A stretch of 64,000 nucleotides of DNA, from the NCBI GenBank assembly GCA_965655095.1, contig OZ296653.1, positions 77,314,001 through 77,378,000 on the forward strand, written 5' to 3'. Made by a program: the position numbers and the translations under genes. Below, one piece after another: positions 50,347-63,142 of the stretch. How positions within the stretch are numbered: position 1 is the stretch's first letter; each line of letters begins with the position of its first letter. The notes under the pieces are model-generated. The model was not told where the DNA came from, did no database searches, and saw only the letters and a list, made by a program, of their open reading frames with translations. This stretch comes from Haplodiscus bocki. Lineage: Eukaryota.

Positions 50347-50927
50347 TGGATTTTGAAAATCAAGAGTTTTTTTGTTCCGAAGCAGTTTTTTGTGATATAT
50401 GTGATAAATTAATTGAAATTAATTGGAATTTTAAACATTTGAAAGCTCTTTCATATGAAGAGTTTGATAGATTTAAACACATAAAATTGACTATTAAAAA
50501 TCCCGATATAAATTAAATAAATGACAGAATCGACACATATGTTTCAGAACATGATGAAAAATATGGATAATATCTTATCAAATATGATTTCAAACTAGTT
50601 TCTAACAATTATGAAGACTCACCACTCCTCGAATCAACATTATTCATAAGTGAAATAATATTTACTTGGAAAAGTTCTTTAGAAGACGTGATTAGTGATT
50701 ATAATAATAAAGGATACACTTTCAATCGTATAGATGAATTAAATGATAAAACAATAGCTGATAAGATGGATACGTCATATGATTTTTGTATTAAACACAA
50801 TATGCATGCTGTTGAATGGAAACTAATTGGTTTGATTAACAAAGATAATACAGTATTAAACAAACAAAACAGATCTTCGAGACTTCCTTTAATCAGAAAT
50901 TATTCTCGTATACCAATTAATAATTAA
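50347..50927 (+). pseudogene. Cassette ORF A, unit 1 (disrupted)
   Basis: ATGGATTTTGAAAATCAAG start; the C-terminal part is the computed ORF 50688-50927. Confidence 0.65.
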
Positions 50928-50930
50928 AAA

Positions 50931-51140
50931 ATGTATGTGACAAATATTAAATATGTTTATGATAATTTTACAAATGATTGTACAAACAATGAGAATAATA
51001 TTGATATAAATATACCAGCATTATTTACTACAAGTCCATGTGTTCTATCTTTTTTGAGCTTAACGAGGTTGATGGCGTACACATTAAATAAACCTTTATT
51101 AAAATTGAAATCATTTAAATTATTCATACAAGTGTATTAA
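50931..51140 (+). CDS. Cassette ORF B, small single-pass membrane protein (69 aa)
   Basis: N/D-rich N-terminus plus hydrophobic segment. Open in 5 of 6 units. Confidence 0.5.
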   Translation: MYVTNIKYVYDNFTNDCTNNENNIDINIPALFTTSPCVLSFLSLTRLMAYTLNKPLLKLKSFKLFIQVY

Positions 51141-51724
51141 TAATTAAAATTATTCGCACAAGTTCAAGGATAAATATGGTAAATTTCGTATTTGAATAGG
51201 TGTCATTATACATAAAATTTATATTCGAAAAGTATTTGTACAAATATAAGAATATTTCATATTCGAATAGGTGTAGTTATACTATATATCAACAGGTGAC
51301 AGTATACTATGTCGAAGATTACATTTTCTCCATACTCGTAAAATATGCTTTAATAAATAATGGTCAGTGATTTTTTGATTTTGCTTGGTTGAAAAAATGG
51401 TGACTACTACGTAGTTTTCCATGGATATCTCCATGAATACTTATCCGATTGAGTTCAAATAAAAACTGATGTAAACCTAATTGATATGAGAATTTCGTTT
51501 TCAAAAACTTAAACTGAAACCTTAACATCGAAATAACCCAATAACCCTGAATTTATGCCCTCAAACATGGTATGTCAAAAAAATTAAAAATAAAAGTGGA
51601 GGGATATATTCTTGAGAAGGTAATTAAATTTAGACTTCAAAGGTAATATTTTCGAGAACATCAACTTATCCTTATACCTAACTTTATATCCTCAATTAAT
51701 GGCGATATTTAAAAAAAAATTTCT

Positions 51725-52060
51725 TCATAATAATGTTATATTATTACATTTCATATAAGTGTTTATAAAATTTGTGGAAATACTTCCTTCTAATATAATT
51801 ATCAATTTGTTTACCTTAATATATTCATATCTTCCTTGAGATGCTATTATTGTTTTCTTTGTTCCACGTTTAGTCGTAATATTTTTTGTTTTGTTTTTTG
51901 TTTTATCAAAAAAGTTAATATTATATTTAAATTCGATAATTTTACAATGATTATCACCATATTTTTTATTAGGCTCTACTATTGTGTTTTTCATATTATC
52001 ATTTATTTCATTTAATTTCGGATTTAAAAAAAAAGTATTCACTAGTAACTATAAACATTT
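51725..52060 (-). pseudogene. Cassette ORF C, unit 2 (disrupted)
   Basis: Computed ORF 51725-52042 is homologous to 61790-62245. Confidence 0.6.
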
Positions 52061-52370
52061 TTTAATTTCATTTTCTTCGAAATAATTATCACATTGGAAT
52101 TGATCAATCAGATTCAGTATTACTTTTAACAAAATGTTTAAAACTAATTAAAACTTGAGGATCTGTTTTAATTACAATTATTAAAACAATCATTTATCAT
52201 ATGAAGAAAAGTGAGATCAATAAAATTACTAATATAATTGTACAGAAGTACATATATAATTGTACGAAGTTTGCTAAAGTCTTGTAAAACTACTCAATTA
52301 GTCAACTATAATTGTACAAATCTGTTAATGTATGTTTTTCAAATCATTTGAAGTAATCTTATTTGAACAA

Positions 52371-52952
52371 ATGGATCTTGAATATCAAGAATTTAATTTT
52401 TCCGACGCAGGTTTTTGTGATATGTTGGATAAATTAATTGAAATTATTTGGAACTTTAGTCATTTGAAAGCTCTTTCTTTTGAAGAGTTTGATAGAGTTA
52501 AACATATAAAATTGACCATTAAAAATCCTAATATATATAAAAAAAGGACAAAATCGACTCATATGTTTCAGAACATGATGAAAAAAATGAATAATATCTT
52601 ATCAAATATGATTTTAAACTAGTTTCTAACATTTATGAAGACTCACGACTCCTCAAATCAACATTACTTAACAGTAAATTATTGCCTTCTTGGAAAAGTT
52701 CTTTAGAAGACGTGATTAATGATTATAATAAAAAAAGATACACTTTCTGTCGTATAGATGAAATGAATATTATACTAATAGCTGAAAAGATGGATATGTC
52801 ATATCATTATGTATTAAACACAACATGCATGCTGTTGAATGGAAATTTTTAGTATGATTAACAAAGATAAAACATTATTAAACAAACAAAACAGGTCTTC
52901 GAGACATCCATTAATCAGAAAAAATTCTGATATACCATTTAATATATATTAA
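52371..52952 (+). pseudogene. Cassette ORF A, unit 2 (frameshifted)
   Basis: MDLEYQEFNFSDAGFCDMLDKLIE...; frameshift after KNPNI. Confidence 0.65.
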
Positions 52953-53159
52953 ATGTTTGTCACAAATAATAATGATGATTATGATAATTTCACAAATAAT
53001 TGTACAAACAATGAAAAAAATATTGATATAATTATACCAGCATTATTTATTACATTTCCATGTGGTCTATCCTTTTTATGCTTAATGAGTTTGATAACGT
53101 ACACAAAATTTAATCACTTTTTAAAATTCAAAAAACTCAATATGTTCATACAAGTGTAA
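52953..53159 (+). CDS. Cassette ORF B (68 aa)
   Basis: MFVTNNNDDY...IIIPALFITFPCGLSFLCLMSLITY (TM-like). Confidence 0.5.
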   Translation: MFVTNNNDDYDNFTNNCTNNEKNIDIIIPALFITFPCGLSFLCLMSLITYTKFNHFLKFKKLNMFIQV

Positions 53160-54886
53160 TAATAATCAAAATTATTCACACTAGTATAGGGATAAATATA
53201 TTAATCTTCGTATTGGAATAGGTGTTATACATAATATTTATATTCGAATTGACTTTGTACAAATATACGAATATTTCATCTTGGAATAGGTGTAATTATA
53301 CTATATATCAACAGGTGACAGTAGACTATATCAATTTTTACATTTTGTCCATACTCGTAAAATATGCTTTAAAAAAATGGTCAGTGAATTTTTGTTTTTG
53401 CTTGCTTGAAAAAACGGTGACTACCACATAGTTTTTCAAGGATACCTCCATGAATACGTATCCCTTTGAGTTCAAATAAAAACTATGTAAACCTAATTGA
53501 ATTAAGAATTTTGTTTCGAGAAAAAAGTTGAAAAAAATTGAACTTACCAACTTACGATGGCATAAACTAGACTTACCATCTTACCATGGTATACTCAGAG
53601 CTTGTCGGTCTCAATCAAAATCGGGACATCACAGTTTAATTAGTCTACCCTGAAAGTTCCAGCTTAATATCTATCATAGTTTTTGAGAAAAACAAATTTG
53701 AAAAAGATCAATGGGTTAAACCTAATTAAAAACCAGTCAAGCGTAAACTTTACTTTATTTTCCCGCGCTATGTACAGATCAAGAAAACAACGAGTGTTTG
53801 AGCTAGAGAAAAGCATATAATACCATATAAAAGGTCTTAAAAAGTAAATTTCAACGATGATGTTTTCGAAGACATTAACTGAAACCTTACTATTGAAAAA
53901 CCCAAAAACGCCAAAACTAATCCCAAACATGGTATACGTCAATGAAAAGCTTTTATTAATGATGACAAATTCTATATCGTTGAAAAGGTCTTAAAAAACG
54001 CTATTGAACGGAAAATTTCGAAAACTCAAACTGAAAACTTAACATCGAAAAAACCCAATAACCCTGAAATTATGCCCTCAAACATGGTATGTCAATAAAA
54101 AACCTTAAAATAAAAGTGGAGGGATATAATCGTGAGAAGGTAACTAAATTTAGACTTCAATGGTGATGTTTTCGAGAGCATCAACTTTATCTTATAGCTA
54201 TCTAATTATTCTCTATTATTGGCGATATTCAAGAAAAACTTTCTCCATATTAAAGTAATATTATTACATTTCATATAAGTGTTTATAAAACTTGTGGAAA
54301 TACTTCCTTCTATTAAAACTATCATTTTGTTTACCTTAATATTTTAATATGTTCCTTGAGATGCTATTATTGTTTTCTTTGTTCCTCGAATAGTCGTATT
54401 ATTTTTTGTTTTGTTTTTTGTTTTATCAAAAAACTTGATGTTATATTTAAATTCGATTTTTCTACAACTAATACCACCATAAATTTTATTAAGGTCTACT
54501 ATTGTGGTATTTATAATATGAAAATTTTCATTTAGTTTTGGATTTAGAAATGTATTCACTAGTGACTATAATCTTTTATATAGTTCATTTTCTTCGAAAG
54601 AATTATCACCTTCGCGTTTATTAATCCATTCAGTATTACTTTTAACAAAATGTTTAAAACTAATTGAAACTTGAGGATCTGTTTTAATTACATTTATTAA
54701 AACATCCATTTGTCATATGAAGAAAAATGAGATCAATAAAATTACTAATATAAATGTACAGAAGTACATATATAATTGTACGAAGTCTGATAAAATCTTG
54801 CAAAACTACTCAATTAGTCAACTTTAATTGTACAAACCTGTTAATGTATGTTTTATAAATCAGTTGAAGTAATTTTATTTAAATAA

Positions 54887-55472
54887 ATGGATCTTGAAAA
54901 TCAAGAAATTAATTTTTCCGAAGCAGGTTTTTGTGAAATATGTGATAAAATAATTGAAATTAATTGGAACTTTGGTCATTTGAAAGCTCTTTCATTTGAA
55001 GAGTTTGATAGGTAAAAACATACAAAATTGACTAATAAAAATCCTGATATAAATGAAAAAAGGACAAAAACGACTCATTTGTTTCAGAACATGATGGAAA
55101 TTGTGAATAATATCTTATCAAATATGATTTTCAACTAGTTTCTAACAATTAAGGAGACTCACCACTCCTCAAATCAACATTACTTAACAGTAAAAATTTG
55201 TTTTCTCGGAAAAGTTCTTTAGAAGACGTGTTTATTGATTATAATAATAAAAGATACACTTTCAGTCGTATAGATGAAATAAAAAATATAACATTAGCTG
55301 AAAAAATCGATATGTCGTATGATTCTTGTATTAAACACAATATGCATGCTGTTGAATGGAAACTTATTAGTATGATTAACAAAGATAAAACATTAATAAA
55401 AAGAAACGAAACAGGTTTTCGAGACATCCAATATTCAGAAAAATTTCTGATATACCATTTAGCAGTTATTAA
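54887..55472 (+). pseudogene. Cassette ORF A, unit 3 (stops and frameshifts)
   Basis: Homologous to 57709-58293; includes the computed ORF 55198-55482. Confidence 0.65.
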
Positions 55473-55679
55473 ATGTTTGTGACAAATAATACTGGTGATT
55501 ATGATAATTTCACAAATAATTGTACAAACAATGAAAAAAATATTGATATAATTATACCAGCATTATTTATTACATTTCCATGTGGTCTATCCTTTTTATG
55601 CTTAATGAGTTTGATAACGTACACAAAATTTAATCACTTTTTAAAATTCAAAAAACTCAATATGTTCATACAAGTGTAA
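55473..55679 (+). CDS. Cassette ORF B (68 aa)
   Basis: Differs from 52953-53159 at only two residues. Confidence 0.5.
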   Translation: MFVTNNTGDYDNFTNNCTNNEKNIDIIIPALFITFPCGLSFLCLMSLITYTKFNHFLKFKKLNMFIQV

Positions 55680-57708
55680 TAGCAATCACAATTATTCACA
55701 CAAGTATAAGGATAATTATATTAATCTTCGTATTGGAATAGGTGTTATACATAATACTTATATTCGAATAGTATTTGTACAATTATAAGAATATTTCCTT
55801 TTCGAATAGGTGTAATTATACTATAGATCAACAGAAGATAGTATTTTTTATCAAAAATTACATTTTCTCCGTAATCGTAAAATATGCTTTAATAAATAAT
55901 GGTCAGTGAATTTTTGTTTTTGCTCGGTTGAAAAAATAGTGACTACCACATAGTTTTTCGATGATGCCTCCATGAATACTTATCCGATTGAGTTCAAATA
56001 AAAACTGATCTAAACCTAAATGAATTGAAAATTTTGTTTCGAGGAAAAAAAATGAAAAAAGTTCAACTTACCATCTTACCATGGCATAAACTAGACTTAC
56101 CATCTTACCATGGTGTACTAAGAGCTTGTCCGTCTCAATCAAATTCGAAACAACATAGTTTAATTAGTCTACCTTTAAAGTTTGAGCTCCATATCTATCA
56201 TAGTTTTTGAGAAAAACAAATTTGAAATTTATCAAAGGGGTAAACCCAATTAAAAACCACCTAAGAGTGAACTATTTTATTTTCCCACGGTTTATACAGG
56301 TCAAGAATTCAACAAATAATTGAGCTAGAGAAAAGTATTTCAAGAAAAAAGTTGGAAAAAACCGAACTTACCAAATTACCATGGTATAAACTAGACTTAC
56401 CATCTTACCATGGTATACCCAGAGGTTGTCCGTCTCAATCAAAATCGAAACTTCATAGTTTATTTAGTCTACCTTGAAAGTTTCAGCTTCATATCTTTCT
56501 TAGTTTTTGAGAAAAACAAATTTGAAAAAGATCAAAGGGCTAAACCTAATTAAAAATCACTTAAGCGTAAACTTTTTTTTTAATTTTCCCACAGTATACA
56601 CAGATCAAGAAGTCAACGAATATTTGGGCTAGAGAAAAGTATAATATAACATATAAAAGATCTTAAAACGTAAAATTCAACGATGATATTTTCGAAAACC
56701 CTAACTGAAACATTTTCATTGGAAAACACAAAAACCCTAAAACTAACACCAAACATGGTATACGTCAATAGAAAAATTTGATAATGATGACATATTATAT
56801 ATCGTTGAAAAGGTCCTAAAAAACGCTATTAAATTGAAACTTTTTCATGAACTTAAACTGAAACCTTAACATCGAAACAACCCAATAACCCTGAATTTAT
56901 GCCCTCAAACATGGTATGTCAATAAAAAACTTAAAATAAAAGTGGAGGGATATATTCTTGAGAAGGTAATTAAATTTAGACTTCAATGGTGATATTTTCG
57001 AGAACATCAACTTTTTCCTATAGCTATCTCTTTTTTTTTATTGGCGATATTTAAGAAAAAGTTTCTCCATAAAAAAGTAATATTATTACATTTCATATAA
57101 ATGTTTATATTACTTGTGGAAATACTTCCTTCTATTAAAACTATCAATTTGTTTACCCTAATATATTAATATCCTCCTTGAGATGCTATTATTGTTTTCT
57201 TTGTTCCACGAATAGTCGTAATATTTTTTTTTGTTTTTTGTTTTATCAAAAAACTTAATGTTGTATTTAAAATCGATTTTTCTACAATGACTATCACCAT
57301 TTTTTTTATTAAGCTCTACTATTGTGTTATTTATAATATCATTTTTTTCATTTAGTTTTGGATTTAAAAATGTATTCACTAGTGACTATAATCTTTTATA
57401 TAGTTCATTTTTTTTCGAAATAATTATCACATTCGCATTTATTAATCAGATTCAGTATTACTTTTAACAAAAGGTTCAAAACTAATAACAAATTGAGGAT
57501 CTGTTTTATTTTCATTTATAAAAACATCTTTTTGTCATATGAAGGAAAATGACATCAATAAAATTACTATTATAATTGTACATAAGTACATATATAATTG
57601 TACAGAATCTGTCAAAATCTTGTAAAATTACTCAATGAGTCAACTAGAATTGTACAAATCTGTTATTGTTTATTTTAAAAAGCATTTGAAGTAATCCTAT
57701 TTAAATAA

Positions 57709-58293
57709 TTGGATTTTGAAAATCAAGAATTTATTTATTCCGAAGCAGTTTTTTGTGATACCTGTGATAAATTAAATGAGATTCATTGGAGTTTTAGTCA
57801 TTTGAAAGCTCTTTCATATGAAGAGTTTGATAAATTTAAACATATAAAATTGACTAGTAGAAATCCTGATGTAAATGAAATAAATGACAGAATCGACTCA
57901 TATGTTTCAGAACATGATGAAAAACATGAATGTTGTCTTATCAAATATGATTTTAAACTAGTTTCCAACAAATATGAAGACTCACGACTCCTCAAATCAA
58001 CATTACTTAACAGTAAATTATTGCCTTCTTGGAAAAGTTCTTTAGAAGACGTGATTAATGATTATAATAATAAAAGATACACTTTCAGTCGTATAGATGA
58101 AATAAATAATATAACAATAGCTGAAAAGATGGATATGTCATATGATTTTTGTATTAAACACAATATGCATGCTGCTGAATAGAAAGTAATTAGAATGATT
58201 AACAAAGATAATACACTAATAAACAAGCAAAACAGATCTTCGAGACATCCTTTAATCAGAAATTATTCTCCTATACCATTTATTATTCAATAA
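57709..58293 (+). pseudogene. Cassette ORF A, unit 4 (ATG>TTG start, TGG>TAG at 58180; otherwise open for ~194 codons)
   Basis: Computed 157-aa ORF. The frame continues past the TAG (KVIRMINKDNTLINKQNRSSRHPLIRNYSPIPFIIQ*), and units 1-3 have TGG at that position. Confidence 0.75.
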
Positions 58294-58476
58294 ATGGATG
58301 TGACAAATATTAATTATGATTATGATAAATTTACAAATGATTGTACAAACAATGAAAATAATATTGATATTTATATACCAGCATTTTTTACTACAACTCC
58401 ATGTGGTCTATCTTTTTTATGCTTAATGAGGTTGATGGCGTACACATTAATTAAACCTTTTTGGAAATTCAAATAA
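58294..58476 (+). CDS. Cassette ORF B (60 aa)
   Basis: Its ATG directly abuts the ORF A stop (TAAATG). Confidence 0.5.
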   Translation: MDVTNINYDYDKFTNDCTNNENNIDIYIPAFFTTTPCGLSFLCLMRLMAYTLIKPFWKFK

Positions 58477-60106
58477 TTCAAATTATTCATACAAGTGTAA
58501 TAATAATTAAAAGTTTTCACACAAGTTTAAGGATAGTTATATCAAAATTAATATTTGAATAGTTGTTTTTAAAAAATTTATTTATATTCGAACAGTATTT
58601 GTACAAGTGTAAGAACATTTCCTATTTGAATAGGTGATATTATACTATAGATCAACAGGTGATAGTAAATTATATCAAATATTACATTTTCTCCGTACTC
58701 GTAAGATATGCTTCAACAAATACTAGTCAGTGAATTTTTGTTTCTCCCTTGGTTGAAAAAATGGTGACTACTACACAGTTTTTCATGGATGTCTCCATGA
58801 ATACTTATTCCATTGAGTTCAAATAAAAACTGATGTAAACCTAATTGAATTGAGAATTTTGTTTCGAGAAAAAAGTTGAAAAAAGTTGAACTCACCATCT
58901 TACTATGGTATACTCAGAGCTTGTCCGTCTCAATCAAAATCAAAACATCATAGTTTAATTAGTCTACCCTGAAAGTTTCAGTTTCATATCTACCATAATT
59001 TTTGAGAAAAACAAAATTGAAAAAGATCAAAGGGTTAAACCTAACTGAAAACCACCTGCGAGTCAACTATTTTTTCCCACGGTATATACAGATCAAGAAA
59101 TCAACGAATATTTGAGCTACAGAAAAGTTATTTATACCATATAAACGGTCTTAAGACGTGGAATTGAACGATGATTTTTTCGAAAACATTAACTGAAACC
59201 TTACTATTTTTATTATGCTCTACTTTTGTGTTATTTTTAATATTATTTGTTTCATTTAATTTTGGATTCAACAAAATATTTTCAGTAGTAACTATAATCA
59301 TATATATTACTCATTTTCTTTGAAACAAATATCACATTCGAATTGATTAACCAGGTTCAGTATTACTTTTAACAAATGTTTAAAATTATTTAAATATAAA
59401 ATAATTTCTCTTCGCGTATGTTTTTTTCAAGACGTCTTCTAGTCCACCAACCATAAATGTCACAAATAAATTATCAACAAAACTTAAAATATCAGTTAGT
59501 TTAGATGTATTTTAATCTTCAAATTCTTCAACCAATCTTTTTTTAACACATCTCTAGTTTTCAAAATCATCATCATCTAATTTATCAGTAAAACAGTGTT
59601 TGTTCAAAAAACACAGTATATCAATTATTGTCTCCATTTATCTAGTAAAAAAATTGAGTATTTTTGTGTCTAAAGCATTTTGGAAGCCATTTATAATCAA
59701 AATCCCCAAAGTCTTCTCCAAAAAAATTTCTTACTATTTTTCTACAAAGCATTGATTCTGGTTGATCCATACAATGAAAAAATGTAATGTATTAAGTCCG
59801 GATTCATTTTCTTCGAAAAAGATATCACATTCGCATTTATTAATCAGATTCAGTATTACTTTTAATAAAAGGTTTAAAACTAATTCAAACTTGAGGATCT
59901 GTTTTAATTTCATTTATAAAAACATCCAATTGTCATATGAAGAAAAATGAGATCAATAAAATTACTAATATAATTGTACATAAGTACATATATAATTGTA
60001 CAAAATCTGTCAAAATCTTGTAAAATTACTCAATGAGTCAACTATAATTGTACAAATCTGTTATTGTTTTTTTTATAAATCATTTGAAGTAATCCTATTT
60101 TATTAA

Positions 60107-60691
60107 ATGGGTTTTGAAAATCAAGAATTTTTTTATTCCGAAGATGTTTTTTGTGATGCCTGTGATAAATTAAATGAGAATAATTGGAATTTTAGTCATT
60201 TGAAAGCTCTTTCATATGAATAGTTTGATAGATATAAACATATAAAACTGACTAGTAAAGATCCCGATATAAATGAAATAAATGACAGAATCGACTCATA
60301 TGTTTCAGAACATGATGAAAAAAATGGATAATATCTTATCAAATATGATTTCAAACTAGTTTCTAACAATTATGAAGACTCACCACTCCTCGAATCAACA
60401 TTATTCAACAGTGAATAAATATTTACTTGGAAAAGTTCTTTAGAAGACGTGATTAATGATTATAATAAAAAAAGATACACTTTCAGTCGTATAGATGAAA
60501 TAAATAATATAGCAATAGCTGAAAAGATGGATATGTCATATGATTTTTGTATTAAACACAATATGCATGCTGCTGAATAGAAAGTAATTAGTATGATTAA
60601 CAAAGATAATACACTAATAAACAAGCAAAACAGATCTTCGAGACATCCTTTAATCAGAAATTATTCTCCTATACCATTTATTATTCAATAA
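60107..60691 (+). pseudogene. Cassette ORF A, unit 5 (disrupted)
   Basis: ATGGGTTTTGAAAATCAAG start with in-frame stops. Confidence 0.65.
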
Positions 60692-60874
60692 ATGGATGTG
60701 ACAAATATTAATTATGATTATGATAAATTTACAAATGATTATACAAACAATGAAAATAATATTGATATTTATATACCAGCATTTTTTACTACAACTCCAT
60801 GTGGTCTATCTTTTTTATGCTTAATGAGGTTGATGGCGTACACATTAATTAAACCTTTTTGGAAATTCAAATAA
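60692..60874 (+). CDS. Cassette ORF B (60 aa)
   Basis: One residue different from 58294-58476. Confidence 0.5.
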   Translation: MDVTNINYDYDKFTNDYTNNENNIDIYIPAFFTTTPCGLSFLCLMRLMAYTLIKPFWKFK

Positions 60875-61789
60875 TTCAAATTATTGATACAAGTGTAATA
60901 ATAATTAAAAGTATTCACACAAGTTTAAGGATAGTTATATCAAAATTCATTTTTGAATAGTTGTTTTTAAAAAAGTTATTTATATTCGAATAGTATTTGT
61001 ACAAATATAAGAACATTTCTTATTTGAATAGGTGTAATTATACTATAGATCAACAGGTGATAGTAAATTATATCAAATACTACATTTTCTCCGTACTCGT
61101 AAGATATGCTTCAACAAATAACGGTCAGTGAATTTTTGTTTTTCCCTTGGTTGAAAAATTGGTGACTACTACACAGTTTTTCATGGATGTCTCCAAGAAT
61201 ACTTATTCCATTGAGTTCAAATAAAAACTGATATAAACCTAATTGAATTGAGAATTTTGTTTCGAGAAAAAAAGTTGAAAAAAGTTGAACTCACCATCTT
61301 ACCATGGTATACTCAGAGCTTGTCCGTCTCAATCAAAATCAAAACATCATAGTTTAATTAGCCTACCCTGAAAGTTTCAGCTTCATATCTATCATAATTT
61401 TTGAGAAAAACAAAATTGAAAAAGATCAAAGGGTTAAACCTAAATGAAAAGCACCTGAGAGTGAACTATTTCTTTCCCACGGTATATACAGATCAAGAAA
61501 TCAACGAATATTTGAGCTTAAGAAAAGTTATTTATACCATATAAAGGGTCTCAAAACGTGGAATTCAACGATGATTTTTTACGAAAACATTAACTGAAAC
61601 CTTACCATTGAGAAAACCAAAAACCCTAAAACTAACCCCAAACAAGGCATTTGTCAATTAAAATTTTTAACAATGATGACATATTATCTTAAACTTAAAC
61701 TGAAATCTTAACATCGAAAGAACCTAATAACCCTGAACTTATGCCCTCAAACATGGTAAGTCAAAAAAGTTTAAAATATAATTGGAGTG

Positions 61790-62245
61790 TTATATACTCT
61801 TGAAAAGGTAATTAAATTTAGAATTCAATGCTGATATTTTCGAGAACATCAACTTATTTCTATACCTATCTATGTATTCTCTAATATTGGCGATTTTTAG
61901 GAAAAATTTACTCCACAATAAAGTAATAAATATACATTTCATACAAGTGTTTAAAACATTTTCGGAAATACCTCCTTCTATTAAAAGTATCACTTTGTTT
62001 ACGTTAATATATTCATATCTTCCTTGAGATGCTATTATTGTTTTCTTTTCTCCACGATTAGTCGTGATGTTTTTTGTTGTGTTTTTTGTTTTATCAAAAA
62101 ATTTAATGTTATATTTAGTTTGGAGTTTTCTACAATGATTATCACCATAATTTTTATTATGCTCTACTATTGTGTTAATTTTAATATTATTTGTTTCATT
62201 TAATTTTGGATTCAACAAAATGTATTCACTAGTAACTATAATCAT
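61790..62245 (-). CDS. Cassette ORF C, best-preserved copy (151 aa, unknown function)
   Basis: Open ATG-to-stop frame. Disrupted homologs at ~48.5-49.0, 51.6-52.1, 54.1-54.6 and 56.9-57.4 kb, and a 5' fragment at 59.2-59.3 kb. Confidence 0.55.
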   Translation of the reverse strand: MIIVTSEYILLNPKLNETNNIKINTIVEHNKNYGDNHCRKLQTKYNIKFFDKTKNTTKNITTNRGEKKTIIASQGRYEYINVNKVILLIEGGISENVLNTCMKCIFITLLWSKFFLKIANIREYIDRYRNKLMFSKISALNSKFNYLFKSI

Positions 62246-62557
62246 TTATATTACTCATTTTCTTTGAAATAATTATCACATTCGAATTGATTAATCAAGT
62301 TCAGTATTACTTTTAACAAAAGGTTCAAAACTAATAACAAATTGAGGATCTGTTTTATTTTCATTTATAAAAACATCCTTTTGTCATATGAAGGAAAATG
62401 ACATCAATAAAGTTACTATTATATTTGTACATAAGTACATATATAATTGTACAGAATCTGTCAAAATCTTGTAAAATTACTCAATGAGTCAACTAGAATT
62501 GTACAAATCTGTTATTGTTTATTTTAAAAAGCATTTGAAGTAATCCTATTTAAATAA

Positions 62558-63142
62558 TTGGATTTTGAAAATCAAGAATTTATTTATTCCGAAGCAGTTT
62601 TTTGTGATACCTGTGATAAATTAAATGAGATTCATTGGAATTTTAGTCATTTGAAAGCTCTTTCATATGAAAAGTTTGATAAATTTAAACATATAAAATT
62701 GACTAGTAGAAATCCTGATGTAAATGAAATAAGTGACAGAATCGACTCATATGTTTCAGAAAATGATGAAAAACATGAATGTTGTCTTATCAAATATGAT
62801 TTTAAACTAGTTTCCAACAAATATGAAGACTCACGACTCCTCAAATCAACATTACTTAACAGTAAATTATTGCCTTCTTGGAAAAGTTCTTTAGAAGACG
62901 TGATTAATGATTATAATAATAAAAGATACACTTCCAGTCGTATAGATGAAATAAATAATATAACAACAGCTGAAAAGATGGATATGTCATATGATTTTTG
63001 TAATAAACACAATATGCATGCTGCTGAATAGAAGGTAATTAGTATGATTAACAAAGATAATACATTAATAAACAAGCAAAACAGATCTTCGAGACATCTT
63101 TTATTCAGAAATTATTCTCCTATACCATTTAATATTCAATAA
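62558..63142 (+). pseudogene. Cassette ORF A, unit 6 (same TTG start and TAG lesion as unit 4)
   Basis: Computed 157-aa ORF nearly identical to 57709-58182. Confidence 0.75.
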
